From positions 1,649 through 65,648 of IMG/VR virus record IMGVR_UViG_3300021431_002979: DNA of 64,000 nt; one strand, 5' to 3'. This stretch comes from a virus (taxonomy: Duplodnaviria > Caudoviricetes). Shown here piece by piece: positions 45,142 through 55,900 of this stretch (positions are counted from its first letter, which is position 1; each line of letters starts with the position of its first letter). The notes beneath the pieces are model-generated. The model ran no database searches. It was not told the origin of the DNA and was given only the letters and a program-made list of their open reading frames with translations. The translations under genes were made by a program, and so were the position numbers.

Positions 45142-48061
45142 CAGAATACATTGTTATACTACATTCTTCTGTAGGGCGAGAAAAATCTTCTTCCATGACA
45201 GGAAGCTTTGCTTCAATATTTAAATCTTCTTTTACAGGATTTATTTTATCTTCAAAACTATTTTCTTGTTCAATTAACACGTCGTCATGTAACCTATTAC
45301 GAATACCATACACATGATGATTTGTAATCCGTTGTTGTCTGCGTCTAGGAGTGTCCGTATATGTTATCATAGTACGACTATAATAAGGAACAAGACCAAA
45401 CTTCAATTCCTCAAATTCGGTTTCGTAGTTTATAGAAAAATCTTCTTCTTTTGCCTTATCATAAGTTTCTTCAAAGAAAGTTTTCCATTCAAAATATATC
45501 AATTCTTCTCTAGCTTTATCATATTTATCTTCTGCATAATATTCAAATAGCATCCAATATTCGTCATACAAAGCGTATTTAAAGCCTGTTACATAATTAT
45601 TTAAAGTTCTGTTTTCGTTACCAATTACGTTACCGTCTTTATCATAAATCAACCCGCCGTTAGTTTTTAAAATTCTATTGGTAACAGTAGGTTTCATACC
45701 AAACTTACTCTCAGAAAAATTGTATTGAAAATCATATGACATATCATCCTGAATAGGTAGATTATATGTATCTTCATACCAAGTTTCATACAAAGCTAAA
45801 AGTTCTTCTTTAGGTTTTGGTATTATTACATTAAAGTTTTGAACCATGTCCAACCATAAACGGTCATGTAATGTGTATCTAGCTCCAATTGGGAAAGCAG
45901 AGTTTGTATCTATACTATGGTTATCCCCGTCAGACTGTAATACCCAATCATAATTGTATGATTTCCAACCATATTTATTACTTTCTTCAAGCTGCATAAT
46001 ATCTATGGTTAAATCATCAGACTCGGAAAAATCTCTACCATAGCGTTCTTTATACCACTCACGATAATCTTCTTCACCAACAAGAACAATCATAATAACA
46101 GGCAAAGTATGAGCAGGTTTTACAAAGTTAACAGCCTCTTTAACTTCATCATAAACCTCTGCCAAACCTTGGGTGTCATCCAAACTCTTTTCTACTTCAA
46201 TAGTAAATTTATATTGATTGTCCCAATTTATATCTTGTGACAAACCATAATGTTCATAATCCTTAAACATTTCATATACAGTAACTTCAAATCCTGTATA
46301 TCTTCTAATAGCTTTCTGAATAGAATTCTTGTTTGCACCGTGGAATATACCTTCCATGATACCTGAAACAGCCTCTCGATATTGTTCTTCAGACCACTTT
46401 TTCTTCCATTTTAATCCGATTAACGCACCGAAATTATTATAAATAGCGTCACCATGAGCAGTTTTTAAGAACCCGTTTTCTTCTAATATTTTAAATTCAT
46501 ACCTCATATCGCCAAATTCCATAGCGATACCACGAATTAAATTATAGAAGTTTGTATCAAATACTTCTTTGTTATAATCATCAGGTAAATGTTCTAACCA
46601 AGTCTTTACATAAGTTTCATAAAAGTTCAACCTTAACGCAATTTCGTCAGCTAATTGTTCATTTGTTTTGGTATTAACAACCAAATTTTCCTCAACTATA
46701 ACAAAGTCATAATTCTTAAAGTAAACGTCGGTTGGATTATCTAAAGTTGCCTTTGTACCATTAGGAACATAAACTGTTCTGCTAATTGCAGGTTTTAAAG
46801 TAACCTTTGTAAAACTTTTATTTCCTGTAGCAATAATACGTTCGTTTGCAGGAAAGACTACAGTTAAAATTTTATCTTGTGCGTCATTAATAAACATAAC
46901 GCTTAGAATTTCAGAAGTATAATCATAAGGTCGTTTAGCTTTAATCATAAGCTCATCACGACAAACAGTATTATAACCTTCTAATTTATTTAACAAGAAA
47001 TTAAATTGCTGATATGAAGGTTTTCTATCATTGCCCAAATAATAATAAAGCAAACCATATACATTCTTCTTGGCATTACCGTCAAGAGGATTATAGAATT
47101 CGTCTACAAGCTGATTTTTAAATGGAATTACATCCACAATAAAATCACTCATATATTCTTTAATATCACGATACGCTTGTAATTCCAAATCCTGTTTGCT
47201 AGTTTTATCAGCAAAGTGACCTTGTTTGGTTGACATAAACGGAATATCTAAATTTAAACCATTACGCTGTGCTTGTGTCTGTAAACCTTGTTTTAATTTA
47301 GTTATTACAAGCGGGAATGTAGAATATTTAAATACGCCTGTACTACTATCTCCCTGAAATGCAAAAAAATCTATATAAGGAAGAAAACCACATGCTTCTG
47401 TAGCGTCATATTTTACGTCTGTGCCATATAATTCACCTGTTGCTTCCGCAAGCCAACCTGTATGAAACACTTCATTATCTTCATTGACATAAGCAGAATC
47501 AACATATTCATTGATGGCTTCAAATACACCTGCACCACCAATTTTAATGTCAACATATTTATTATTAACGGTTTGGTAAATATATTTAATTAATTGTACA
47601 TATACCGCAGGTGGACATTTTTGTAGTCCCGATTCGTCATAACTTTCGGGAACAGTCATAATTTGCCAATATTTGATAAAAGAATATCTATCTATTACCT
47701 CGGTGGCAAATTGAGCATATTGCTTGTAATTAAATTCTGTAACAACTGTTGGGAATTCAATTTCAACCATTAAATTTATCTTGTATTTATTTGCACACTC
47801 ACGATATAAAAATAAACGGTCATTAATGTTCCACAAATCACCATTGACACCCGTATTAGGCAAGTACAGGCTGTTTGTTGCGTCCTTACCTAATGCCAAA
47901 GTATCTATTACGGTGTCTATATTCAACCTATCTACATGCAAGAACATATCCTGTACTTTTTGTTCAATAGCTTCAACGCCCAAGTACCCTTTATATTCCC
48001 ATGTTTGACCTAATAGGTTATCACCATTTTTTAAACAAGTAAAACGTATACCTGTTTTCAA
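45092..48061 (-). CDS. Baseplate wedge/tail protein with N-terminal glycoside-hydrolase-like domain
   Basis: N-terminal TIM-barrel-like segment (FATEVIDRY..YWQI..KIGGAG..DFFAFQ); central DAIYNNFGALIG..EQYREAV..VKPAHT tail-protein-I-like motifs. Confidence 0.55.
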   Translation of the reverse strand: MKTGIRFTCLKNGDNLLGQTWEYKGYLGVEAIEQKVQDMFLHVDRLNIDTVIDTLALGKDATNSLYLPNTGVNGDLWNINDRLFLYRECANKYKINLMVEIEFPTVVTEFNYKQYAQFATEVIDRYSFIKYWQIMTVPESYDESGLQKCPPAVYVQLIKYIYQTVNNKYVDIKIGGAGVFEAINEYVDSAYVNEDNEVFHTGWLAEATGELYGTDVKYDATEACGFLPYIDFFAFQGDSSTGVFKYSTFPLVITKLKQGLQTQAQRNGLNLDIPFMSTKQGHFADKTSKQDLELQAYRDIKEYMSDFIVDVIPFKNQLVDEFYNPLDGNAKKNVYGLLYYYLGNDRKPSYQQFNFLLNKLEGYNTVCRDELMIKAKRPYDYTSEILSVMFINDAQDKILTVVFPANERIIATGNKSFTKVTLKPAISRTVYVPNGTKATLDNPTDVYFKNYDFVIVEENLVVNTKTNEQLADEIALRLNFYETYVKTWLEHLPDDYNKEVFDTNFYNLIRGIAMEFGDMRYEFKILEENGFLKTAHGDAIYNNFGALIGLKWKKKWSEEQYREAVSGIMEGIFHGANKNSIQKAIRRYTGFEVTVYEMFKDYEHYGLSQDINWDNQYKFTIEVEKSLDDTQGLAEVYDEVKEAVNFVKPAHTLPVIMIVLVGEEDYREWYKERYGRDFSESDDLTIDIMQLEESNKYGWKSYNYDWVLQSDGDNHSIDTNSAFPIGARYTLHDRLWLDMVQNFNVIIPKPKEELLALYETWYEDTYNLPIQDDMSYDFQYNFSESKFGMKPTVTNRILKTNGGLIYDKDGNVIGNENRTLNNYVTGFKYALYDEYWMLFEYYAEDKYDKAREELIYFEWKTFFEETYDKAKEEDFSINYETEFEELKFGLVPYYSRTMITYTDTPRRRQQRITNHHVYGIRNRLHDDVLIEQENSFEDKINPVKEDLNIEAKLPVMEEDFSRPTEECSITMYSVDETTGDITVLRQESE

Positions 48062-48079
48062 TGAAATCCCAACCCTTCA

Positions 48080-50068
48080 TTACAATTCTATTGAGCCACC
48101 TGTCGTAACATTAACAATCAAATTTTCCAAATTGAAATATTCGTTTTGTTTTAACTGTATTTGGTCAACGTCGTCTTTACCTTTTTTACACAGTTCAACA
48201 TTGTTAATATCTACGTGATTTACTCCCGACAATTGTCGTACTATAGTAACTAATTGAGAGTCCTCTATCAAACCGCCCATACGAATAAATGAATTAACAT
48301 ATGTGCTTATCGCTGTTTTAATACTAGCCTTTACAATTTCAGAATTGGCAGTAATGTCACAATTACAATTAATAGTAATTTGCAAATCTATTTTTTTAGC
48401 TTGACGTAAAAGTATATCTGCTGTCAAAATTCGTACTGCATTCATTTCTTGTTGTAAATAACCAACCAATGAATTATATGAATACGTAATAATTAACGTA
48501 TCTCCGTCCTGAATTAATTCTTTGCCTTTGTCAGTAAAATGAATTAAATCTTTAGCCAATACACTACCACCAATGTCCTTACCAAGTTGTGATTTGCTTT
48601 GTTCTTCTTCAGAATATGGAGTAGGAACTAAAGCATAATCAGGGTCTTGATAAACTCTCAAATATATTCTATTGTTTTTCTTTACAAACGTTCTACCATT
48701 TAACCTTTTATCTACAGCAATTAATTTATATACAGAACCTTGATTAGAACTTGAATTAAAGTAAACTTTTCTAAACATTGGCGTTACGTCATAAGAAGAT
48801 AAATCTTCGTATTGTGCTAACTTCCAATTCAACGAATAACTCATATTTGCCATTTCGTCAGATAATCTTTGAAGTTCTGCATTTACCTGTTTTCTTAAAA
48901 CTTCAATTTCTGTAGCGTCAATTACATCCAACGGGTAATAATCTGTATCGTCAAAAGTCTCTGTTACTGAGAAATCCCAAAGAAAATCTCTGTAATATGT
49001 TTGTTCAATTTTAGAGCCTGTATAACCATACTCAATAGCATAGTTATCAGCATTTTCATAAACATATCCTGTATTTTTAGAAACAATTGAAGTAACTTTT
49101 AATACAGGTTGGTCAGGCAAAACTATATCATGACATGGAATTCCTTCATAACCACCTGTCTGTCCTATACCTGTTTTATAACTAGTCGTAACCTGCATAC
49201 TAAATGTTTTGGATTGTGGTTTTTGCCCTCTCACCCAAATATCTACCATACCACCACGACCATATGTATACGCACCTGCAGAATTGATAAACCCACCGTC
49301 ACGGAACATTATATCTTCGCCCGCACCAATAACTACTGCGTCGTTAACGTTATCTTTTTGAATTACCCATTTCAAATAACCATACTTAGTACAAATAGAA
49401 GCACCAAGCACAGAAGTCATTATTCTCATTCTCAAAGAAGCGTCATTTTCAGAATCCTTGCCACCTGTAAAAGCCAATGGATTACCAATTGCCACAACAC
49501 CTTCGATTGTAGAACCATAAGTTTCAGTAATTTCGTTGGCTTTAACATTACCTATAGACCCCATTACTTCGCATTCTACTTCAAGCTCAACATATTTATA
49601 TCCTGTACCTTCATCTACCAAAGCAGAGTTAAAAATCTGTCTTTGAGTTAAATATGCAGAATCCAAAGTTTTAAAAACAACCTGCTCTCTTGTAGGAGAA
49701 CCCGAGGTTGCCACTTCAAATCCAACAGGGATATTAATAGCAATCGGCAACATGTCAACTGTTAAATTTGGTCTATTGGATTTTTCTATATAAAAACGTA
49801 CCCGACCCGTTGCTCTCTCTGCACCGTCACGATATACAAAATAATTAAATCCCAATCTATCTAAATCATATCCTGTAGCAGTTAAAATTGATTGATTTAA
49901 TTCCATCAATTTCATATCTATATATGTAGCTGCTAACTCGTCAGAAGCAGGAGCTACAAATACGTCAGAGACAAATGTACCTGCCTTAGAGTCTACTCGT
50001 GCGTCTCTATCATTAATGTTATCTCTAATTGATTGACGTATTTCGTCATATACTTTTTGTCTAATCAA
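48080..50068 (-). CDS. Baseplate J-like protein
   Basis: ATGYDLDRLG.NY..R..AERATG.V.F, C..MGSIGNVKAN.I, AFTGGKDSENDASLR.R..GYL.W motifs. Confidence 0.85.
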   Translation of the reverse strand: MIRQKVYDEIRQSIRDNINDRDARVDSKAGTFVSDVFVAPASDELAATYIDMKLMELNQSILTATGYDLDRLGFNYFVYRDGAERATGRVRFYIEKSNRPNLTVDMLPIAINIPVGFEVATSGSPTREQVVFKTLDSAYLTQRQIFNSALVDEGTGYKYVELEVECEVMGSIGNVKANEITETYGSTIEGVVAIGNPLAFTGGKDSENDASLRMRIMTSVLGASICTKYGYLKWVIQKDNVNDAVVIGAGEDIMFRDGGFINSAGAYTYGRGGMVDIWVRGQKPQSKTFSMQVTTSYKTGIGQTGGYEGIPCHDIVLPDQPVLKVTSIVSKNTGYVYENADNYAIEYGYTGSKIEQTYYRDFLWDFSVTETFDDTDYYPLDVIDATEIEVLRKQVNAELQRLSDEMANMSYSLNWKLAQYEDLSSYDVTPMFRKVYFNSSSNQGSVYKLIAVDKRLNGRTFVKKNNRIYLRVYQDPDYALVPTPYSEEEQSKSQLGKDIGGSVLAKDLIHFTDKGKELIQDGDTLIITYSYNSLVGYLQQEMNAVRILTADILLRQAKKIDLQITINCNCDITANSEIVKASIKTAISTYVNSFIRMGGLIEDSQLVTIVRQLSGVNHVDINNVELCKKGKDDVDQIQLKQNEYFNLENLIVNVTTGGSIEL

Positions 50069-50087
50069 AAATTGCCACCTGCCTAAT

Positions 50088-50573
50088 TTATAGTAAAATT
50101 GTTTGGTCTAACAATTCGTCCGAAGTATTTTTGATTGTTACATTTAAATCATATCCAACAACATAATCTTGAACATTTATACTTTCTACGCCCAACAAAA
50201 TCTCATCCATAGTCATATTTTTATATTCTTCATGTTCTGTAACCTGTAGCAATCTCAGATATTCCAAAGAAGTCCTTACCATCATTTGTAATTTAGCACT
50301 TGTTAAAGCGTCCTGCTTTGAACCAATTAAATCATGTAATTCAGAACCCCACCGTGCAAAGTACGGATTATCACCTTTAACGTCATTAATAATTTTCAAA
50401 ACTTCTTGTTGTAATTTAATTGTACCTGTTACTAATTTTGCTCTACCTTGCAAATCATAGCTTATATCATAATAATAACCCTTACCCAAACATTTTGGAC
50501 AACGGTCAGGTATATATTGTTTACCACCTGTATAGTGGTCACATAATGTAAAAATTTTCGCATCTACTGACAT
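50088..50573 (-). CDS. Baseplate wedge gp25/gpW-like protein
   Basis: KLQQEVLKI..GDNPYFARWGSELHDLIG; directly upstream of baseplate J. Confidence 0.65.
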   Translation of the reverse strand: MSVDAKIFTLCDHYTGGKQYIPDRCPKCLGKGYYYDISYDLQGRAKLVTGTIKLQQEVLKIINDVKGDNPYFARWGSELHDLIGSKQDALTSAKLQMMVRTSLEYLRLLQVTEHEEYKNMTMDEILLGVESINVQDYVVGYDLNVTIKNTSDELLDQTILL

Positions 50574-50590
50574 ATATCTTCTTCCTTTTA

Positions 50591-51571
50591 TTAATTACTG
50601 CCTGGGTTTGTATTATCAATACTATTGCGATTTTGAGTAGCACCATTATTACTATAAGAGCCACTTGTATTTACAGAAATGGAATCTTTGCTTATACCCA
50701 CACTCGATGAACCGCCACTTTGCATATTAACGAAGTTTTCTGTAACAGACAAAGAAGATTGACCTTTCGCTTGCATATACAAGCCGTCTTCTTTAATAAT
50801 CAATCCCGTTCCATTAACTGTCAAAGAAAGTGTTCCATTATCACCGTCTAAAGTAATTTTTACACGAGAATCTGCATTAGCAGACTTACCACCTGAACTA
50901 TCATCCAAATCTTGTGCCCCTTGCTGTGCACCCGCAACAATATCTAATTTATTACTCCATTTCCAATGGATATAATTATTTCCCCAACCTTTAATACACA
51001 CCTCACCTGGGAGCAATGGTGGGGTCATTACCTTAAATGCCTCATTTAAATAACCCAATATAATTGGAAAATTTGCTTTACCAAATCCCACAACTACCTT
51101 TGAACCAACAGGTGGAATATAATTAATACCACACCAATTTTTTGCATTTGCAAAAATGAAAGGATATGTTAAAGGTATATTTTGCGTATTGTCAGAATCA
51201 TATAATTCATTTAACGTTCTATCTTCAGAGGAATAAGAAAGATTTTGATTTGGCTTTCTACCTTCTGCTTTTAATATTCCCGCACCAACATTAAGGTCGT
51301 TGAACCGCAAACAAACCTTGCCTGTACTCAAATTTACCACATGCTTTGTTTCAAGTGGGTCTTTTGAGATAGGAGAAGTAATACTTCTTTGTGGGTTTTC
51401 AATTGTAGCAATTCTTAGTTGAACAGCAAAATGTTCTTCCAATTTATTATGTTGTTCGTCTAATTTATATGTTGATACCGCAGGAGGTATTGTTCTTGCA
51501 ATCGGTAACTCAGCCTCTTTTGCCACTTCCATCGAAAAGGCATTAATATCTGGTCCTGCAAAATTTGCCAT
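50591..51571 (-). CDS. Baseplate central spike/gpV-gp5-like protein
   Basis: CGINYIPPVGSKVVVGF..PIILG..PGEV OB-fold motif, then Ser/Gly-rich beta-helix-like repeats. Confidence 0.65.
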   Translation of the reverse strand: MANFAGPDINAFSMEVAKEAELPIARTIPPAVSTYKLDEQHNKLEEHFAVQLRIATIENPQRSITSPISKDPLETKHVVNLSTGKVCLRFNDLNVGAGILKAEGRKPNQNLSYSSEDRTLNELYDSDNTQNIPLTYPFIFANAKNWCGINYIPPVGSKVVVGFGKANFPIILGYLNEAFKVMTPPLLPGEVCIKGWGNNYIHWKWSNKLDIVAGAQQGAQDLDDSSGGKSANADSRVKITLDGDNGTLSLTVNGTGLIIKEDGLYMQAKGQSSLSVTENFVNMQSGGSSSVGISKDSISVNTSGSYSNNGATQNRNSIDNTNPGSN

Positions 51572-51601
51572 TTAAAAACCTTCTTTCTACCTAGAACCTC
51601 T

Positions 51602-51642
51602 AAAATTAAAATACCCTAACAGCGTTAGGATATTTTAATTTT
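51602..51642 (-). terminator. Terminator-like hairpin
   Basis: AAAATTAAAATACCCTAAC/GTTAGGATATTTTAATTTT with one mismatch. Confidence 0.6.
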
Positions 51643-52358
51643 TACAAAACATTTTTATCATTAGAACCAAGCAAGGTCTGTTTTGTATTGCTTTTATATT
51701 TTGATAAAGAATCAGTAGGTGATTTTATCACATTCTTAAAATCATATTTATTAACATTTGTTACATTATTGTTTGCAAATTTTTGTACAGCATTTGCCAT
51801 ACCGTTACCATTATTAACATTTGACAAACATTCTACAGCACTTTTTAACGGGAACATTGAATTTTGTTGAGCAGTAACTTTATTATTTTTTAACGCCTGT
51901 GCCATAATACCATTTGATACAGCATTGCCCAAAGCCATACCCGCAACATTACTAATGATAGAACCAACAGCACCCAATTTGCTTGTCAGTTTTCCAACCA
52001 ATTGAGTTGTAATAGTTGTTGTAACAGCTTTAGCAATCGTAGCTGTTACTTTGGATTTTGCTATATTCTGTAACATAGAATTTGCTTTCTTTTGTACTGA
52101 GCCTAATACAGTATTTTGAATTTGTGTAGGAGAAGTCCCTACCGCACCTGCAGATACACCATTCGCAGAATTAATAACGTCATTTTGTGAGTTATTTGTG
52201 CTTATTGTTGTATTTAAAAGCAATCCTTCGGGTGTTCCCGACGCAGGATTAGCAGAATTTGCTTTTCCAATGGCATTTTGCATTTCTTTAGCTGTTTGAG
52301 AATATGCATTAATAGTTTGTTTTGCAGTAGAAGTATCTATTGCTGTTGCGTCAGCCAT
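51642..52358 (-). CDS. Ala/Asn/Thr-rich hypothetical virion protein
   Basis: Low-complexity amphipathic protein in the tail operon; shares a segment with 52370..52981. Confidence 0.5.
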   Translation of the reverse strand: MADATAIDTSTAKQTINAYSQTAKEMQNAIGKANSANPASGTPEGLLLNTTISTNNSQNDVINSANGVSAGAVGTSPTQIQNTVLGSVQKKANSMLQNIAKSKVTATIAKAVTTTITTQLVGKLTSKLGAVGSIISNVAGMALGNAVSNGIMAQALKNNKVTAQQNSMFPLKSAVECLSNVNNGNGMANAVQKFANNNVTNVNKYDFKNVIKSPTDSLSKYKSNTKQTLLGSNDKNVL

Positions 52359-52369
52359 TATTTATCACC

Positions 52370-52981
52370 TCACAAAATATTCTTACTACCACCAAAGGTA
52401 GGAATTTTAACATTAGAACCTAATTTATTATAATTCAATTTATTGGCAAATGGATTAGTATTGGCAGAAAAACTCGTTGGAGTAATACTTTGTGTATTAG
52501 TTAATTTTAAAGCTTGTGTTGTTTTTTGTGATTGTGCCCAATCTTTTGCAATATTAAATTCAGCTTGACCACTTGCGTCAGTATTAATCTTTTCAGACTG
52601 TTGCCCTGCTGTAACTTCACCCGTTATATTTGTTTTTGGTTCTCCTGAAGCACTCATTTCGTCAACCTTGTCTCTAAGATTAATATTAGTTTGGTTCATT
52701 TTGGAAATAATATCTACAATGGTAGTCACGGCTTTTACCGTGACAGCCATTGTAGCAACTTTAGATATAATTCCCATAGCAGGTGTTTGACTTAATTTGC
52801 CCGACACCGAACTTAAAAAATTATTAGCAATCAAACCTGCTCCTACACCAAGCAGACCTGATAAACCACTACTCAATGAACTTTTTATATTATCAATTTT
52901 ACTTTTTTGTTTTGCTACTTGATTTTGTGCAGTTTGTTGAGCTTGTTGTTTTATTTTTTCTGTTTTGGTTGTCGCAGACAT
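52370..52981 (-). CDS. Ala/Ser/Thr-rich hypothetical virion protein
   Basis: Shares GKL..GIISKVA.MA..AV with 51642..52358. Confidence 0.5.
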   Translation of the reverse strand: MSATTKTEKIKQQAQQTAQNQVAKQKSKIDNIKSSLSSGLSGLLGVGAGLIANNFLSSVSGKLSQTPAMGIISKVATMAVTVKAVTTIVDIISKMNQTNINLRDKVDEMSASGEPKTNITGEVTAGQQSEKINTDASGQAEFNIAKDWAQSQKTTQALKLTNTQSITPTSFSANTNPFANKLNYNKLGSNVKIPTFGGSKNIL

Positions 52982-52996
52982 TATTACACCTCATAT

Positions 52997-55900
52997 TTAA
53001 CGTTTACTATTTTTTATAGCAGAAGCGTCTGAAGAAGTTCTTGTTTTTGGTAAATCTGAACTTGACCCATTAGAAGTAAGGTCGGTATTGACAATTACTT
53101 TAGTCATGTCCTGTGTACTTATATCCAAAACACCTTTATTTCTTTCCAAGAACTTGTCCATAGCAAAACCGCTATGATTAACATCTTTATACTGTGACAT
53201 TAACTTACTTACTTTTGACAAATCAACAGGAGTGTCTTTAATTTCATATTCTGAAATAAATGTTTCTCCGCATTTACCATTTTTAAATTCAGAAACGCCC
53301 AATGTAGTTGTAGAGTTATCTAAAGGCTTAGAAGATTGCAAATCAGCAATTTTATTTTTAATTTCAACCACATATTGATTACCTGTAGCATCGCTTACCC
53401 GCACACCCTGTTTCAAAATATAATCACCTTCGGGGTCTTTATACTTCAAGGTAAAGCTCCCTGAATCTTTCAAATTATCTTTATATCCTTCTACATCATC
53501 AGTTTGTGCGACAAAATTATCACCTTCAAGTGTCGTTATATAATGACCACCCTTACGTTCCTGAGTTTTCTTTACATTTTGAGAATCTACCCCATTTTCT
53601 TTTAAGAATTGTTTATCTGCGTCAGATAATGCCACTTCTTTCTTTGCCTCATCACCAACATTTTGAGGTTGTGGCAACTGATATTCTTTACCAATATCCA
53701 AGAATTGAGGAATTGTTACAGCTTTACCAACATTATCATGAAGAATTTGATTAAACTGCTGATTATTCAATCCTAAAGAATTACCAAACATTTGTGTGTT
53801 CAAAGCAACTAACGCATTTGCAAATTCTTCTAACAAACGCTGTTCAAGCGTCTTTTCGTCTTTGTTTGGAGCTATATCAAATGAAGGAGAAGAAAATATC
53901 TTCTCAGGTTTTGCATTTGAATAAAACTCATGGTCGTCACCATATTTTAAAGCATGATTATACATTGCTTGACATTTATTCAAATCGTCCACGTCATAAG
54001 ACAAATCTTCTTCGTCGGGAGCAGAATAAAACGTTTTTAAAGGTAACTCGTCACTTTGTGCTACCCCATATTCACCCTCGCCAATTTTTTGTCCATATGC
54101 ATTTCTTACAAAGAACCAACGACCTTTACAATAATCAAAGATATAATACTTATAACTATATTCAACCTTACCTCTATTTTTGTTTTTGGAATTCATTTCA
54201 TACATTGTTCCTTCAATAATAGAAGTATACTTTGTCCAACCTTTTTGTTTCGCTGATTGGAATATTTGTTTCTCAGTTTCGTCTTTTGGAGTATAACCTT
54301 TACCGCTAATAATATTATCTACCATATATGGGTCGTCTTGTGCTTTTTCGTCCTCTATATCAGTAGTATGAGCAGTAGGAATTTTAAACAACTGATATTC
54401 TGCTTGTGCAATACTTGTCAAAGTATCTGTTGGAGTAATAGTATGTTGCTTAGTTACACCCTTGTATTTTTTTACAATGTGTGCAATTCTACCAATATCA
54501 GAACAAAAACCCAAATTGGGGTCAAAATATGTTTTATACAACAGTAACATTGCGTCAATCGCAGAAGGTTTACCCATCATACGTCCGCAGGTCAATGTCA
54601 ATGTCATTGTACTTTCTTTAGAAGTACCAATGCTACGAGATACCTGTTCAACATAATATATTGATTGAGCGTCTGTATGCTGTGCAACCTGTGAGGCTTT
54701 TACACCTGCATAATCTGAGCCTGTTAATTTACCCGCTTTATGTTGCATTGCAGTTCCCGATTCTCGAACAATATCTTCATATACGCCCGCAGGGTCTTCG
54801 TCATTTGCACGTTGCTGATTTTCAGCACTTTCAATTTTTTCTTCAGGAGATTGTTCTACAGAAGAAGGTTGTTCAGGCTTTAAACCTTCGCTACCTGTAT
54901 TTTGAGCAGGTGGTTGTGTATTACTTGTAGGATTACCTGTACCCTGCGTTTTTACACCACTTGCACTAGTTTCTGTTGTTACAGTTTGTCTCTTTGGCTC
55001 ATCACCATACAAAGAAGCTATCTCAGCATTTAAATTATTTGTTACTGTTTGGAAAGAATCAGTGTTTCCATTTGCACCATATCTGTTTAATGCAGTTGCC
55101 ATAACAGAATGATTTCCCTGTGGTGAAAGTGGAATATCAGGGTGTTCGTCATAAGCAAAAAATCTTATAGGATTACCAACTTTAATATAAGAATCCTCTA
55201 TCATGCTCAATGTTGCTGATTTACGCCTAGCAACTGACTGAGCAGACATCATATATCCTAACAAGTGAGCATTCTCACGATTACCCATGTAAGGAAAACT
55301 AATTGCCCCACTTGGGTTTGGTCTGCAGCCAAATCTAACCATAGACGTTATATCAGGGAACACACGACTAATCTTTTGGATTGCCCCACCTTTATCAAAG
55401 ATACCAAAATCACCCTCAATATTAATCTCATACATGTTATACATGTTTTTATCAGAGTCGGTTAAACTGAAAGACAAAATATATTCTTGTGGTATTTCGG
55501 GAATTAAAGCGTCTGTTTGTTCAGATAATGTATCGTTATACCATTTTCGAGCAATAGTCTCATATTCTTCCTGTGTTTTATGAGCGTTGGCATTACCTTT
55601 ACCTTCTTCAAAAATATACCAATTTGACCAATTATTGGGGTCAGAAGGGTCGCCCAAATGTTCATAAATTTGAGCCGAGGATTGATGGGCAATATGCACA
55701 CCCTCGGAATTAATAGCGTCATACGATTGAGTTGTATCAAATTGAAATTTTCTTCCTACCAATTTACTACATTCATTAGGCGAAAAATCTGTTGTTTCAC
55801 CCTGAATTGCCATTTGTTGTTTTGCCTGATTGTATAATTCCATATACAAATTGCCGTCATTAAGATATTTTTTTGCAAGATTATAAAAAGTATCTCCTTC

